Source: Candidatus Latescibacterota bacterium (lineage in GTDB: Bacteria; Latescibacterota; UBA2968; UBA8231). Taken from it: a stretch of 64,000 nucleotides of DNA. The notes under the pieces are model-generated. The model worked only from the letters and a program-made list of their open reading frames with translations, was not told the DNA's origin and ran no database searches. The stretch is from positions 4,128,001-4,192,000 of the forward strand of contig OZ252098.1 of assembly GCA_965248355.1 (NCBI GenBank), given 5' to 3'. Every line of letters begins with the position of its first letter. The first letter of the stretch is position 1. The position numbers and the translations under genes are program-made. Shown here piece by piece: positions 21,133 to 31,559 of this stretch.

Positions 21133-22179
21133 ATGGCCAAGAGCCTGGCAGCGGATGGTGAGCGCGAGCAGGCCTTGCACCTGGCCATTTCCCAGATCGA
21201 GAAGCAGCACGGCAAGGGCGCCATCATGCGCATGGGGGAGGAGGGCGGCATCGTCGAAGTCGACGCCATTCCCTCGGGTTCCCTGGCCATCGACGCGGCC
21301 CTGGGCATCGGCGGCTTCCCGAGGGGGCGGATCGTCGAGATCTACGGGCCGGAAGGGGCGGGCAAGACCATGGTAGCTCTGCATGTCATCCGCGAGGCCC
21401 AGCGGGCCGGGGGCACGGCGGCCTTCATCGATGCCGAGCACGCCCTCGACGTCGGTTTTGCGCGCCGCATCGGCGTGGACGTGGAGAACCTGGTCATCTC
21501 CCAGCCCGACTCCGGCGAGCAGGCCCTGGAGATCGTCGACACCCTGGTGCGCTCAGGCGCCCTCGACGTCATCGTCCTAGACTCCGTGGCCGCCCTGGTT
21601 CCCCAGGCCGAGCTCGAGGGAGAGATGGGCGACTCCCACATGGGACTGCACGCCCGCCTCATGTCGCAGGCTCTGCGCAAGCTCACCGGCAGCATCAGCC
21701 GGTCGCGCACGTGCGCCATCTTCATCAACCAGCTGCGCATGAAGATCGGGGTGATGTTCGGCAATCCCGAGACGACCACCGGAGGCCGGGCCATGGGGTT
21801 CTACGCGTCGGTCCGCGTCGACATCCGCCGCATGGGACACATCAAGGACGGCGACAGGACCATCGGCAGCCGGGCGCGGATCAAGGTGGTGAAGAACAAG
21901 CTGGCGCCTCCGTACCGGCAGGCCGAGTTCGACATCTACTACGTCGGCGACCAGATCGGTGTGTCGAGGGAGGCCGATCTGCTGGACATAGGACTCGAGC
22001 AAGGTCTGGTGGACAAGGCCGGCACCTGGTTCTCCTGCGACGGCGAGCGCCTCGGTCAGGGCCGGGAGCGCGCCCGTGCCTTCCTGGCCGCGAACCCGGA
22101 GGTGGCGGAGGGACTCGAGTCGCGCCTGCGGGCCAAGCTCGGCATGGAGCCGCCGCCGGCCCCGCCCAAGCCGGAGTGA
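21133..22179 (+). CDS. recA: Recombinase RecA
   Basis: [44 protein letters not shown]. Confidence 0.97.
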   Translation: MAKSLAADGEREQALHLAISQIEKQHGKGAIMRMGEEGGIVEVDAIPSGSLAIDAALGIGGFPRGRIVEIYGPEGAGKTMVALHVIREAQRAGGTAAFIDAEHALDVGFARRIGVDVENLVISQPDSGEQALEIVDTLVRSGALDVIVLDSVAALVPQAELEGEMGDSHMGLHARLMSQALRKLTGSISRSRTCAIFINQLRMKIGVMFGNPETTTGGRAMGFYASVRVDIRRMGHIKDGDRTIGSRARIKVVKNKLAPPYRQAEFDIYYVGDQIGVSREADLLDIGLEQGLVDKAGTWFSCDGERLGQGRERARAFLAANPEVAEGLESRLRAKLGMEPPPAPPKPE

Positions 22180-22182
22180 GCC

Positions 22183-22686
22183 GTGGCGTCCGAGGTCGAA
22201 GAGCGCGAGAGCGCCCGGCGGATCGCCCTCGACCTGCTCGAGGTGCGCGACCGCACGGTGAAGGAGATCCGCGAGAGGCTGCACCGCCGCGGCTGCTCGC
22301 CGGAGGCCATTGACAAGGCAGTGGTTGATCTGGAGGCTATGCGCCTGCTCGACGATCGCGCCTTCGCCCGGCGGTGGGTCGAGGGCCGGAGGTCCCGCCG
22401 GCCCGAAGGGGCTCCGAAGATCAGCCGCGATCTGGCCAGGCGGGGGATCGACCCGGCCGTGATCGGCGAGGTGCTGGCGGAGTACGGTGACGATCTCGGG
22501 TCCGGGGCGGAGGCCCTGTCCTTGCTGCGTCGGCTGCAAGCCCGCTACCGGGGACTCGACCGGGACACCGCCCGCAGACGCATGTACGGGCTGCTGGGGC
22601 GTCGCGGATTCGAGCCCGACACGGTCCGGGAGGCCGTGGAGCGGGCCTGGTCCGAAATCGAAAGCGCGCAAGAGAAGAAGAGATGA
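22183..22686 (+). CDS. recX: Regulatory protein RecX
   Basis: Follows recA; LDD.AFA, L.RRGI and L.RRGF repeats. Confidence 0.9.
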   Translation: MASEVEERESARRIALDLLEVRDRTVKEIRERLHRRGCSPEAIDKAVVDLEAMRLLDDRAFARRWVEGRRSRRPEGAPKISRDLARRGIDPAVIGEVLAEYGDDLGSGAEALSLLRRLQARYRGLDRDTARRRMYGLLGRRGFEPDTVREAVERAWSEIESAQEKKR

Positions 22687-25298
22687 AGTCCCACGAGATC
22701 CGCGAGACCTTCCTCTCCTTCTTCGAGAACAGGGGCCACGCCCGCGTGCCGAGCGCGCCCGTGGTCCCGGCCGACGATCCCACCCTGTACTTCACCAACG
22801 CCGGCATGAACCAGTTCAAGGACGTCTTCCTCGGGCTGGGCCGCAGGCCGTACACGCGGGCCGTGGACACGCAGAAGTGCATCCGCGTCTCCGGCAAGCA
22901 CAACGACCTGGAGGAGGTGGGGATCAGCCCCTGGCATCACACCTTCTTCGAGATGCTCGGCAACTGGTCCTTCGGCGACTACTTCAAGGAAGAGGCCATC
23001 CGCTGGGCCTGGGAGCTGGTGACCGGGCCGTTCGGTCTGCCCAGGGAGCGTATCTGGGCGACCGTGTTCGAGGGCGGCGAAGGCGTCCCCGCCGACGAGG
23101 AGGCCGAGTCCCTGTGGGGCGAGGCGACCGGCCTGCTCCCGGGCCGCGTCCTGCGGCTGCCGGCCAAGGAGAACTTCTGGGAGATGGGCGCCACCGGCCC
23201 CTGCGGCCCCTGCTCCGAGATCCACTACTACCTCGGGGACGATCTCTCCCGCCAGAGCGCCGACTTGCTGCTGCAGGACGGTCCCGAGTTCGTCGAGATC
23301 TGGAACCTGGTCTTCATCCAGTTCAACCGGGACGAGTCAGGGACCCTGCACCCGCTGCCGGCACGGCACGTCGACACCGGTATGGGTTTCGAGCGCATGT
23401 GCACCCTGCTCCAGGGCGCGGACAGCGCCTACGACACCGATCTCTTCCGGCCGCTGATCGAGGGCATCGCCGAGGTCACGGGCGCCGACCCGGGATCCGG
23501 GGCCGGACGGGTGCCGTCCCGGGTGATCGCCGACCACGTGCGCGCGCTCACCTTTGCCATCGCCGACGGCGTCCTGCCCTCCAACGACGGACGGGGATAC
23601 GTGCTGCGCCGCATCCTGCGGCGGGCGGCCCGGTTCGGCCGCCAGCTCGATCAGCACGAGCCGTTCCTGCACAAGGTGGTGCAGCCGCTGGTCGATTCGA
23701 TGGCTCACGTCTTCCCCGAGGCCAAGGAGAAGGCCGCCCACGCGGCCATGGTGATCCAGGCCGAGGAGCAGTCCTTCGGGCGCGCCCTCGACCGCGGGCT
23801 GGAGATCTTCGAGCGCATCAGCAGCAAGGGCGAGATCTCGGGCGCCGACGCCTTCCGCCTCTTCGACACCTACGGGTTCCCCCTCGATCTCACCGAACTG
23901 ATGGCGCGCGAGCGCGGCCTGCCGGTCGATACCGCCGGCTTCGAGGCCGAGCTCGAAGGCCAGCGGCAGCGGGCTCGGGCGGCGACGAAGGATCGCTTCG
24001 CTGCCTCCGAAGGAGTGGGTGACGTCGTCGAGGGCGAGCACTCCCGGTTCGTCGGCTACGACGAGCTGGAGATCGAGGCGCGGGTGATGGACGCGGAGAT
24101 CGTCGACGGCCTGGTGCGGGTGGTGCTCGACCGCACCCCGTTCTACGCCGAGTCCGGCGGGCAGGTCGGTGACCGCGGGATCCTGGCGGCGGACGGCCTG
24201 AAGATCGGCGTGGAGAGGACGCTGAAGGGGCGGGGAGGCATCGTCCACGAGGGCCGGCTGGTCACGGGTGACCCGCCCGGCCCGGGGCAGGTCGTACGCG
24301 CCTCGGTCGACCGGGAGGCCCGCGAGGCCGCGGCCCGCAACCACACCGCCACGCATCTGCTCAACGAAGCCCTGCGCCGGGTCCTGGGGGATCACGTGGC
24401 GCAGATGGGCTCTCTCGTGGCGCCGGATCGCCTGCGCTTCGACTTCTCGCACTTTCATGCCATGGACTCCGGGGAGCTGGAGGAGGCGGGACAGCTCGTC
24501 AACGGGTGGATCCGCGAGGATCTGGAGGTGTCCACCTTCGAGGAGGACCTCCTGCGCGCCAGGCGGATGGGGGCCCAGGCGCTGTTCGGCGAGAAGTACG
24601 AAGACCGGGTGCGGGTCGTGAAGATCGGCGATTTCAGCCTCGAGCTGTGCGGTGGGACCCACGTCACCCACACCGGACAGATCGGCCTGTTCGACCTGAT
24701 CGCCGAGAGCGGCATCGCCGCCGGCACGCGCCGGGTCGAAGCCCTCACCGGCAGCGGCGCCGAGGCGGCCGCCCGCCGGCACCGGGCCCTGCTCGGAGAG
24801 ATCGGCCGCCTGCTGAACGCCGGCGACGAGCCGCTGCCCGACCAGGTGCGCCGCCTCCAGGAGCGCAACCGCGACCTGGAGAAGGCCATCGCCGAGGTCC
24901 GCCGTCAGGCCGCCGGGGAGAGTGCCGGGGCCCTGGCCGCAAGGGCCGTCGAGGTGGACGGCGTGAGTGTCGCCGCCTGCCGGGTCGAAGCCGAGGACGT
25001 GCCCGCCCTGCGGAATCTCGCCGACGGCCTTCGCGACAACCTGGGCTCCGGGGTCGGCGTGCTCGGCGGCGAGGTGAGGGGCCGGGTCTCCTTCATCGTG
25101 GTCGTCACCGACGACCTGATCCAGGCGCGCGGGCTGAAGGCCGGGGAGATCGTCAAGCAGGTCGCCCGGATCGCGGGTGGATCGGGCGGGGGCCGGCCCC
25201 ACATGGCGCAGGCCGGCGGCCGGGATGCCTCCAGGATCGACGAGGCCATCGCCGCCGCCCCCGATATCGTGCGCCGGAGCCTGGAGGACGGACGCTAG
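22683..25298 (+). CDS. alaS: Alanine-tRNA ligase
   Basis: FTNAGMNQFK, HHTFFEMLGNWSFGDYFK, HTATH, ELCGGTH, GGGRP. Confidence 0.98.
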   Translation: MKSHEIRETFLSFFENRGHARVPSAPVVPADDPTLYFTNAGMNQFKDVFLGLGRRPYTRAVDTQKCIRVSGKHNDLEEVGISPWHHTFFEMLGNWSFGDYFKEEAIRWAWELVTGPFGLPRERIWATVFEGGEGVPADEEAESLWGEATGLLPGRVLRLPAKENFWEMGATGPCGPCSEIHYYLGDDLSRQSADLLLQDGPEFVEIWNLVFIQFNRDESGTLHPLPARHVDTGMGFERMCTLLQGADSAYDTDLFRPLIEGIAEVTGADPGSGAGRVPSRVIADHVRALTFAIADGVLPSNDGRGYVLRRILRRAARFGRQLDQHEPFLHKVVQPLVDSMAHVFPEAKEKAAHAAMVIQAEEQSFGRALDRGLEIFERISSKGEISGADAFRLFDTYGFPLDLTELMARERGLPVDTAGFEAELEGQRQRARAATKDRFAASEGVGDVVEGEHSRFVGYDELEIEARVMDAEIVDGLVRVVLDRTPFYAESGGQVGDRGILAADGLKIGVERTLKGRGGIVHEGRLVTGDPPGPGQVVRASVDREAREAAARNHTATHLLNEALRRVLGDHVAQMGSLVAPDRLRFDFSHFHAMDSGELEEAGQLVNGWIREDLEVSTFEEDLLRARRMGAQALFGEKYEDRVRVVKIGDFSLELCGGTHVTHTGQIGLFDLIAESGIAAGTRRVEALTGSGAEAAARRHRALLGEIGRLLNAGDEPLPDQVRRLQERNRDLEKAIAEVRRQAAGESAGALAARAVEVDGVSVAACRVEAEDVPALRNLADGLRDNLGSGVGVLGGEVRGRVSFIVVVTDDLIQARGLKAGEIVKQVARIAGGSGGGRPHMAQAGGRDASRIDEAIAAAPDIVRRSLEDGR

Positions 25299-25344
25299 CC
25301 CGGGGCCGAGGTCCGGCGTGGGCGGCGCACCCCCAACGGTGACG

Positions 25345-26094
25345 ATGAAGAGCACTCTCGAACAGCTCCTCGAAGCACGGGCCCGTCGCGGCGCGGGCTA
25401 CCTCACCCTCCTCGACCCCGACCGCCTGCCGCTGGAGGTGCTCGAGAGGCGCGCCGCGGTCTGCGCCGAGGCCGGCGCCGACGCGATCCTCGTGGGCACG
25501 AGTCTCATGCTCTCGACCACGCGCAACGCCGACCTCTTCGACCGGCTGCGCACGGTCGTGCAGATCCCCGTCCTCTCCTTCCCGGGCGACGCCGGTCAGG
25601 TGGTGCGCACGGCCGACGCGATCCTGTTCCTGTGCATGGTGAGCGGGCGCAACCCCGAGCTGCTGATCGGGCAACAGGTCCGGGCCGCACCCCTGCTGAA
25701 GGAGTACTGCATGGAGGTCATCGCCACCGCCTACATGCTGGTCGAGTCGGGCACCCTCACCTCCACCGAGTTCATGAGCTCCACGCGGCCCATACCCAGG
25801 GACAAGGACGACATCGCCATGGCCCACGCCCTGGCCGCCCAGTACCTGGGCATGAAGCTCGTCTACCTCGAGACCGGATCCGGCGCCCGCGATTCCGTGC
25901 CCACGCCCATGGTGCGGGCCGTGTCCCGATACGTCGATCTGCCGGTGATCGTGGGCGGCGGCATCCGCGACCCGCAGACGGCCCGCGACAAGGTCGAGGG
26001 AGGGGCCTCCTTCGTGGTCACCGGCACGGCGGTGGAGGACGATCCGGGGCGGCTGCGGGAGCTGAGCGCCGCGGTCCACATCACCGAGGGCTGA
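25345..26094 (+). CDS. Geranylgeranylglyceryl/heptaprenylglyceryl phosphate synthase (group II-like)
   Basis: LLDPD, SGRNPELLIG.Q, TAYMLVESG, YLETGSGA, VGGGIR. Confidence 0.88.
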   Translation: MKSTLEQLLEARARRGAGYLTLLDPDRLPLEVLERRAAVCAEAGADAILVGTSLMLSTTRNADLFDRLRTVVQIPVLSFPGDAGQVVRTADAILFLCMVSGRNPELLIGQQVRAAPLLKEYCMEVIATAYMLVESGTLTSTEFMSSTRPIPRDKDDIAMAHALAAQYLGMKLVYLETGSGARDSVPTPMVRAVSRYVDLPVIVGGGIRDPQTARDKVEGGASFVVTGTAVEDDPGRLRELSAAVHITEG

Positions 26095-26129
26095 AGGACC
26101 TGCGGCGGTCTCGCCCCCACGGGAAGCGC

Positions 26130-26399
26130 ATGTTTCGGAAGAGCGTGATAGTCGTCAACAAGCTGGGCATCCACGCCCGCCCCGCCACTCTGCTCGTCCA
26201 GGCGGCTTCCCGGTACGAGGCCGATGTATTCCTGAGCAAGGGCGACGTGACCCGCATCAACGGCAAGAGCATCATGGGGGTGATGATGCTCGCCGCGGAG
26301 CGCGGCTCCGAGGTGGTGGTCGAGGCCGAGGGGCGCGATTCCGAGGCCGCCGTGGAGGCGGTGACCGGCCTCCTCGGCGGGGACTTCGAGAACACGTGA
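26130..26399 (+). CDS. ptsH: HPr phosphocarrier
   Basis: GIHARPA (His15), NGKSIMGVMML (Ser46). Confidence 0.93.
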   Translation: MFRKSVIVVNKLGIHARPATLLVQAASRYEADVFLSKGDVTRINGKSIMGVMMLAAERGSEVVVEAEGRDSEAAVEAVTGLLGGDFENT

Positions 26400-26409
26400 G
26401 GGACCGGCC

Positions 26410-28200
26410 GTGATCCAATCCGCCAGGCGGGGGGCCTACCAGAGGATCGATGGCATCCCGGCCTCTCCCGGGATCGCCATCGGCAAGGCCTTCACCCATC
26501 GGGTGGAGCGTCCAGCCGCCAGCTCTCCGAGGAAGGTCCCCGCCCACCGCGTGGAGGCCGAGGTGGGACGCTTCCGCGCGGCCCTCGAGGCGGTCGCCGA
26601 GGACGTTCGGCGCACCCGGCAGCGCGTCGAGCACGAGCACGGCTCCGACCTGGCCCTGATCTTCGACGCCCAGCTGATCATGCTCGAGGACGTCCAGGTG
26701 CGGGACGCGACCATCGAGCGCATCCGCGCCTCCAACCGCTCGGCCGAGGCGGCTTTCTTCGACACCATGAGCGCCCTGCGGCTCGAGTTCGAGAAGATCG
26801 ACAACGAGTATCTGCGGGCCCGCGTGGGGGATCTGAAGGACATCGAGCAGCAGGTCCTCGTGCACCTGGCCGGCGGCGGCCTGTCCGGCCTGCAGACGCT
26901 GCGTTCCAACACCGTGATCGTGGCTCGGGACCTGCTGCCCTCCGAGGCCGCCCAACTCGCCCGGCGGCTGGTCATGGGGCTGGTCACCGACGTGGGAGGG
27001 GCCACCTCCCACACCAGCATCATCGCCCGGTCCCTCGGCCTGCCCACGGTGGTCGGAACCGGAGACGCCTCGTGGACGGTGCGCGCCGGGGACCTGCTGG
27101 TCGTCGACGGGGATGAGGGCACCGTTCATGTGCGTCCCGACGCGCCGACCCTGCGCCACTTCCGGACCCGGCGCCGGCGGCAGCTGCGCCGCGAGCGGGA
27201 GCTGAGCCGGCGCGCCGACCTGCCCACCGTGACCCGCGACGGCGAGGAGGTGGTCCTGCTGGCCAACCTCGACCTGCCCCAGGAGATCGACCTGGCGGTG
27301 CGCAACGGGGCCAGGGGCGTGGGCATGTTCCGCACCGAGTTCCTCTATCTCGGGTACGGACTGCCGTCGGAGGCCGACCAGCTCGACTGCTACGCCAGGA
27401 TCGTCAAGGCCATGGCCCCCGAGCCGGTGGTCATCCGCACCATGGACCTGGGGGGGGACAAGCTCATCCACGCCGTCGACTCCCCGCCGGAGGCCAACCC
27501 CTTCCTCGGGTGGCGAGGCATCCGCATCTGTCTCGACAATCCCGACTTGTTCAAGACCCAGTTGCGGGCCATTCTGAGGTCCGCCGTTCACGGTGAGGCG
27601 CACATCCTGCTGCCGATGATCAGCGGTCTGGACGAGGTCCGCCAGGCCCGGGAGATGATCGCCGAGACCGCGGCCGAGCTCGGGCGGGAGGGCGTCGACC
27701 ACAGTCCGGAGTGCAAGGTGGGGGTGATGATCGAGGTCCCGTCGGCGGCGATCACCGCCGAGCAGCTGGCCAGGGAGGTCGACTTCTTCAGCCTGGGTAC
27801 CAACGACCTGGTCCAGTACACTCTCGCCGTCGACCGGGGCACGGCGCGCGTGGCCGGGCTCTACCAGCCCCTGCATCCCGCCGTCCTGCGCCTGATCCAG
27901 CGGGTCACCGAGGCCTCCCACGGGGCGGGGATTCCGACGAGCATCTGCGGCGAAATGGTCGCGGATCCAGTGGCCGCCCTGTTGCTCATGGGCCTCGGAG
28001 TGCGCCAGTTGAGCGTGAGCCCCCCGCAGATCCCGGAGGTCAGGGAGCTTCTGAGGGTCACGGAGATCGGGCAGACCGCGGCGCTGGCGCGGCAGTGCCT
28101 GACCCTGACATCGGCCCGGGAGGTCCGCGAATGCGTGGAGGCCGAGATGGCCGAGGTGCTGGCCGAGGCCCGCCCTCCGGACGACGGAGAGGGAGGGTGA
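26410..28200 (+). CDS. ptsI: PTS enzyme I
   Basis: [44 protein letters not shown]. Confidence 0.95.
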   Translation: MIQSARRGAYQRIDGIPASPGIAIGKAFTHRVERPAASSPRKVPAHRVEAEVGRFRAALEAVAEDVRRTRQRVEHEHGSDLALIFDAQLIMLEDVQVRDATIERIRASNRSAEAAFFDTMSALRLEFEKIDNEYLRARVGDLKDIEQQVLVHLAGGGLSGLQTLRSNTVIVARDLLPSEAAQLARRLVMGLVTDVGGATSHTSIIARSLGLPTVVGTGDASWTVRAGDLLVVDGDEGTVHVRPDAPTLRHFRTRRRRQLRRERELSRRADLPTVTRDGEEVVLLANLDLPQEIDLAVRNGARGVGMFRTEFLYLGYGLPSEADQLDCYARIVKAMAPEPVVIRTMDLGGDKLIHAVDSPPEANPFLGWRGIRICLDNPDLFKTQLRAILRSAVHGEAHILLPMISGLDEVRQAREMIAETAAELGREGVDHSPECKVGVMIEVPSAAITAEQLAREVDFFSLGTNDLVQYTLAVDRGTARVAGLYQPLHPAVLRLIQRVTEASHGAGIPTSICGEMVADPVAALLLMGLGVRQLSVSPPQIPEVRELLRVTEIGQTAALARQCLTLTSAREVRECVEAEMAEVLAEARPPDDGEGG

Positions 28201-28234
28201 CCGTGCATGGACCCCAGACGAGGAGAGGGATGAA

Positions 28235-29395
28235 GTGAGTCACCTGTTCACCTCCGAGTCGGTCTCCGAGGGACATCCCGACAAGGTGGCCGATCAGATC
28301 TCGGATGCCGTTCTCGACGCCATGCTCGCCGGGGACCCGCAGTCTCGCGTCGCCTGCGAGACCCTGGTCACCACCGGGCTCGTGGTCGTGGCCGGGGAAA
28401 TCACCTCCAGGGCGCAACCCGACATCCAGGCCACGGTTCGCCAGGTCATCGCGGATGTGGGCTACACCGATCCCGAGCACGGATTCGATCACCGGTCCTG
28501 CGGAGTCGTGGTCGCCCTCGACAAGCAGTCTCCCGACATCTCCCAGGGAGTGACCGAGTCGGAAGGCCTGCACCAGGAGATGGGGGCCGGGGATCAGGGC
28601 ATGATGTTCGGCTACGCCTGCCGCGAGACGCCGGAGCTGATGCCGCTGCCGATCACCCTTTCCCACGAGATCCTGCGGCATCTGAGCCGGCTCCGGAAGG
28701 AAGGAGCCGTCGGCTACCTGCGGCCCGATGCCAAGTCGCAGGTCACGGTCGAGTACGAAGGCATCGAGGCCAGGCGGGTCACCACCGTCGTCCTGTCGAC
28801 GCAGCACGATCCGGATGTGGGACACTCCCGCATCGAGAGCGACATGATCGCCGAGATCAGGAAGGTGATACCCGAAGAGCTGCTCAGCCCCGAGACGGTC
28901 TACCACGTCAACCCCACGGGCCGCTTCGTCGTCGGCGGCCCCCATGGCGACTGCGGCCTGACGGGGCGCAAGATCATCGTCGACACCTACGGAGGGGCCT
29001 GTCCCCACGGCGGCGGGGCGTTCTCGGGCAAGGACCCGACGAAGGTGGACCGCAGCGCCCACTACATGGCCCGCTACGTGGCCAAGAACCTGGTCGCCGC
29101 GGGGCTGGCGGAACGCTGTCAGATCCAGCTGGCCTACGCCATCGGGGTCGCCCGGCCGGTGTCGATCCTGGTGAACACCTTCGGCACCGGCGGACTGCTG
29201 AAGGACGAGGAGATCGAGGCCGTGATCTCCGAGGTCTTCGACCTGACTCCTCGGGGCATCATCGAGCACCTGGAGCTGCGTCGTCCCATCTACCGCAAGA
29301 CCTCCAACTACGGCCACTTCGGCCGCCGGGACGACGACTTCACCTGGGAGAGGACCGACAAGGTTCCCGACCTGAAGAGGGCCGCCGGAGTCTGA
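28235..29395 (+). CDS. metK: Methionine adenosyltransferase
   Basis: [28 protein letters not shown]. Confidence 0.98.
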   Translation: MSHLFTSESVSEGHPDKVADQISDAVLDAMLAGDPQSRVACETLVTTGLVVVAGEITSRAQPDIQATVRQVIADVGYTDPEHGFDHRSCGVVVALDKQSPDISQGVTESEGLHQEMGAGDQGMMFGYACRETPELMPLPITLSHEILRHLSRLRKEGAVGYLRPDAKSQVTVEYEGIEARRVTTVVLSTQHDPDVGHSRIESDMIAEIRKVIPEELLSPETVYHVNPTGRFVVGGPHGDCGLTGRKIIVDTYGGACPHGGGAFSGKDPTKVDRSAHYMARYVAKNLVAAGLAERCQIQLAYAIGVARPVSILVNTFGTGGLLKDEEIEAVISEVFDLTPRGIIEHLELRRPIYRKTSNYGHFGRRDDDFTWERTDKVPDLKRAAGV

Positions 29396-29411
29396 GCGGC
29401 GCTTCCCGGCG

Positions 29412-31559
29412 ATGACCACGCGCGGCCAGAAGTTCCCCCGGGCGACTCCGCGGGGGATCCCCGGACCCGGCGGGGGGCCGCACCCGGTGTCCGCCGTCCT
29501 CGCCGCGGTCCTGCTCGCCGCCGGATGCGCGGTGGAGAAGCCGCAGGTTCCGAGATCGGCCATCGTCCTCCGCGTTCCCGTGGCCAACGACACGACGGCC
29601 CTCTCCCAGATCGTCGAGGCGGAGTCGGACTACCTCGCCATCCGCGGGGACGGCGGCATCGTCCTGCGCTACAACCGCGAGTTCAGCGATGTCCAGGCCA
29701 GGACCGAGGTCGGCGACCACCTCTCGGTCACCCCCCGGGGCGCCCGCTTCGCCGCCCCGATGGGGGAGATCTCGATCCCCGCCCGGGAGATCGCCTTGCC
29801 GCCGCTCGCCGCCGGCGATCTGCTGCCCGAGGATCTCCTCGGCCGGGAGGTCCCGCTCCCGGAAGGGGCCTCCCTGTCCGGCATCGAGGTGGAGATGCCC
29901 CTGGCCGGTGTCGAGTCCCTCCAGCTGGCCTCGGGGAGTCTGACCCTGGAGATCGCCAACGGGCTGCCGCTGGACCTCGTGGACCTGGACTTCGCCCTGG
30001 TCGACAAGGGCCGCGGCGGCCGCATCGTGCAGACAGCCGGGATCGGCCGCGTCGACGCCGGCGCCAGCGGGTCGGCGGTCTTCGACCTGGGGGGTCAGCG
30101 GATCTCGGGAGAGCTTGCGCTTCTCCTGCGGGGCGCGGGCCTGGAGGCGGAGGCGGAGACCGTCACCCTGCGCTCCGACGACGCCATCGGGATCACCCTC
30201 CTCCTGGGCCGGCTCGGCGTGCAGGAGGCCACCGCCGTGGTCGAGCCGCAGGTCGTCGCACCCGCCGAGCCGGCCGTGCTGGAGTTTTCCGACGATCGCA
30301 TCCAGCTGACCCGGGCGGTGATCGAGAGCGGCCGTCTGACCCTGATCGTCGCCAACGAGCTGCCCGTGGCGATGGAGGTGACCCTGGAGCTGCCCGAGGT
30401 GATCGATGCGGCGACCGGCAGCCCGGCAACCCTGGTCATCGATAATCTGGAGAAGGGGATGCCCCAGGAGGTCGTGTTCCATCTGGACGGCCATGTCCTT
30501 CGGCCGCGGGACCCGCTCGCGATGCGTGTCGGGTACGAGGGCCGCACGCACCCGTCGGGGGAGGCGGTGACCATCCGCTCCGACGCGGGACTGCTCGTGG
30601 AGGTGGTTCCGGAGAAGCTTGCCTTCCGCGAGATCAGCGGCCGGCTCGATCGCCTTCCCTTGCCGAAGATCGATCCGCAGACCCGGCACGTGGACCTGCC
30701 CACGGGAGCCGACACGATCAACGCCGTGACCTTCGACTCGGCGGGCATGAACGTGACCTGGACCAGCGCCGTCGGGGTACCCGCGACCATGGCCCTTCGC
30801 ATCGTCGGGGCCGACTCGGCCATTCCCGACTCGGCCGGGCTCGAGCGCACCCTGGGTCTCGAGGTGGAGACGGAGCCCGGATCCCCGGACGACCCGGTGA
30901 CGCGCACGGTCGACATCGCTCCCGGCCGGCTTGCAGGCTTCCTCAACTTCCTGGCCACGGAGGTCACCGTGCACACCGACTCCGTGCTCATCGGCCGGGG
31001 AGGCGGGCGTGAGGACACCGCCATCGTCCGGTCCGATCACTGGGTCCGGCTCGACAACGTGGCCTTCGTGGCCCCGGCCCGCCTGAGGGCCGACACTTCC
31101 TACTTCGAGAGCAACCCGCGCTCACAGGGGGCCTTCACCGACGCCGAGGCCCGCCGCCGGATCAACGCCAACATCGAAGGGGCCCTGGTGACGACCACGA
31201 TCCTGAACAAGACGCCCCTGGCCATCGGCGTGCGCCTGTCCACCGCCTACGACCCCGGCCTCGTGTTCTCCGATCCGATCCTGACGCTTCCCAAGGAGGA
31301 GGGGGAGTACTTCAGCGTCGACCCGGACGCGCCGGCCATCCGGCAGGTCTCCCTGAGCGCCGATGACCTGCGCCTGCTGCTCGATATCGATCCGGACGAT
31401 CCGGGGCCGTCCGCCGCCGGCCAGGTGCGGACCCTGTACAGCGGCGTGAAGGTCCGTCTGGCGGTGCCGTCCCTGGACCAGATCTACGGCGACGACATCG
31501 TCGTCGTGCAGGCCCAGGCCGAGATCTTCATCGAGCTCAACGAATCCCTCCTCGAGTGA
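29412..31559 (+). CDS. Large beta-rich lipoprotein of unknown function
   Basis: Lipobox LAAGC; internally repeated beta modules (LTLEIANGLP / LTLIVANELP / TILNKTP). Confidence 0.7.
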   Translation: MTTRGQKFPRATPRGIPGPGGGPHPVSAVLAAVLLAAGCAVEKPQVPRSAIVLRVPVANDTTALSQIVEAESDYLAIRGDGGIVLRYNREFSDVQARTEVGDHLSVTPRGARFAAPMGEISIPAREIALPPLAAGDLLPEDLLGREVPLPEGASLSGIEVEMPLAGVESLQLASGSLTLEIANGLPLDLVDLDFALVDKGRGGRIVQTAGIGRVDAGASGSAVFDLGGQRISGELALLLRGAGLEAEAETVTLRSDDAIGITLLLGRLGVQEATAVVEPQVVAPAEPAVLEFSDDRIQLTRAVIESGRLTLIVANELPVAMEVTLELPEVIDAATGSPATLVIDNLEKGMPQEVVFHLDGHVLRPRDPLAMRVGYEGRTHPSGEAVTIRSDAGLLVEVVPEKLAFREISGRLDRLPLPKIDPQTRHVDLPTGADTINAVTFDSAGMNVTWTSAVGVPATMALRIVGADSAIPDSAGLERTLGLEVETEPGSPDDPVTRTVDIAPGRLAGFLNFLATEVTVHTDSVLIGRGGGREDTAIVRSDHWVRLDNVAFVAPARLRADTSYFESNPRSQGAFTDAEARRRINANIEGALVTTTILNKTPLAIGVRLSTAYDPGLVFSDPILTLPKEEGEYFSVDPDAPAIRQVSLSADDLRLLLDIDPDDPGPSAAGQVRTLYSGVKVRLAVPSLDQIYGDDIVVVQAQAEIFIELNESLLE

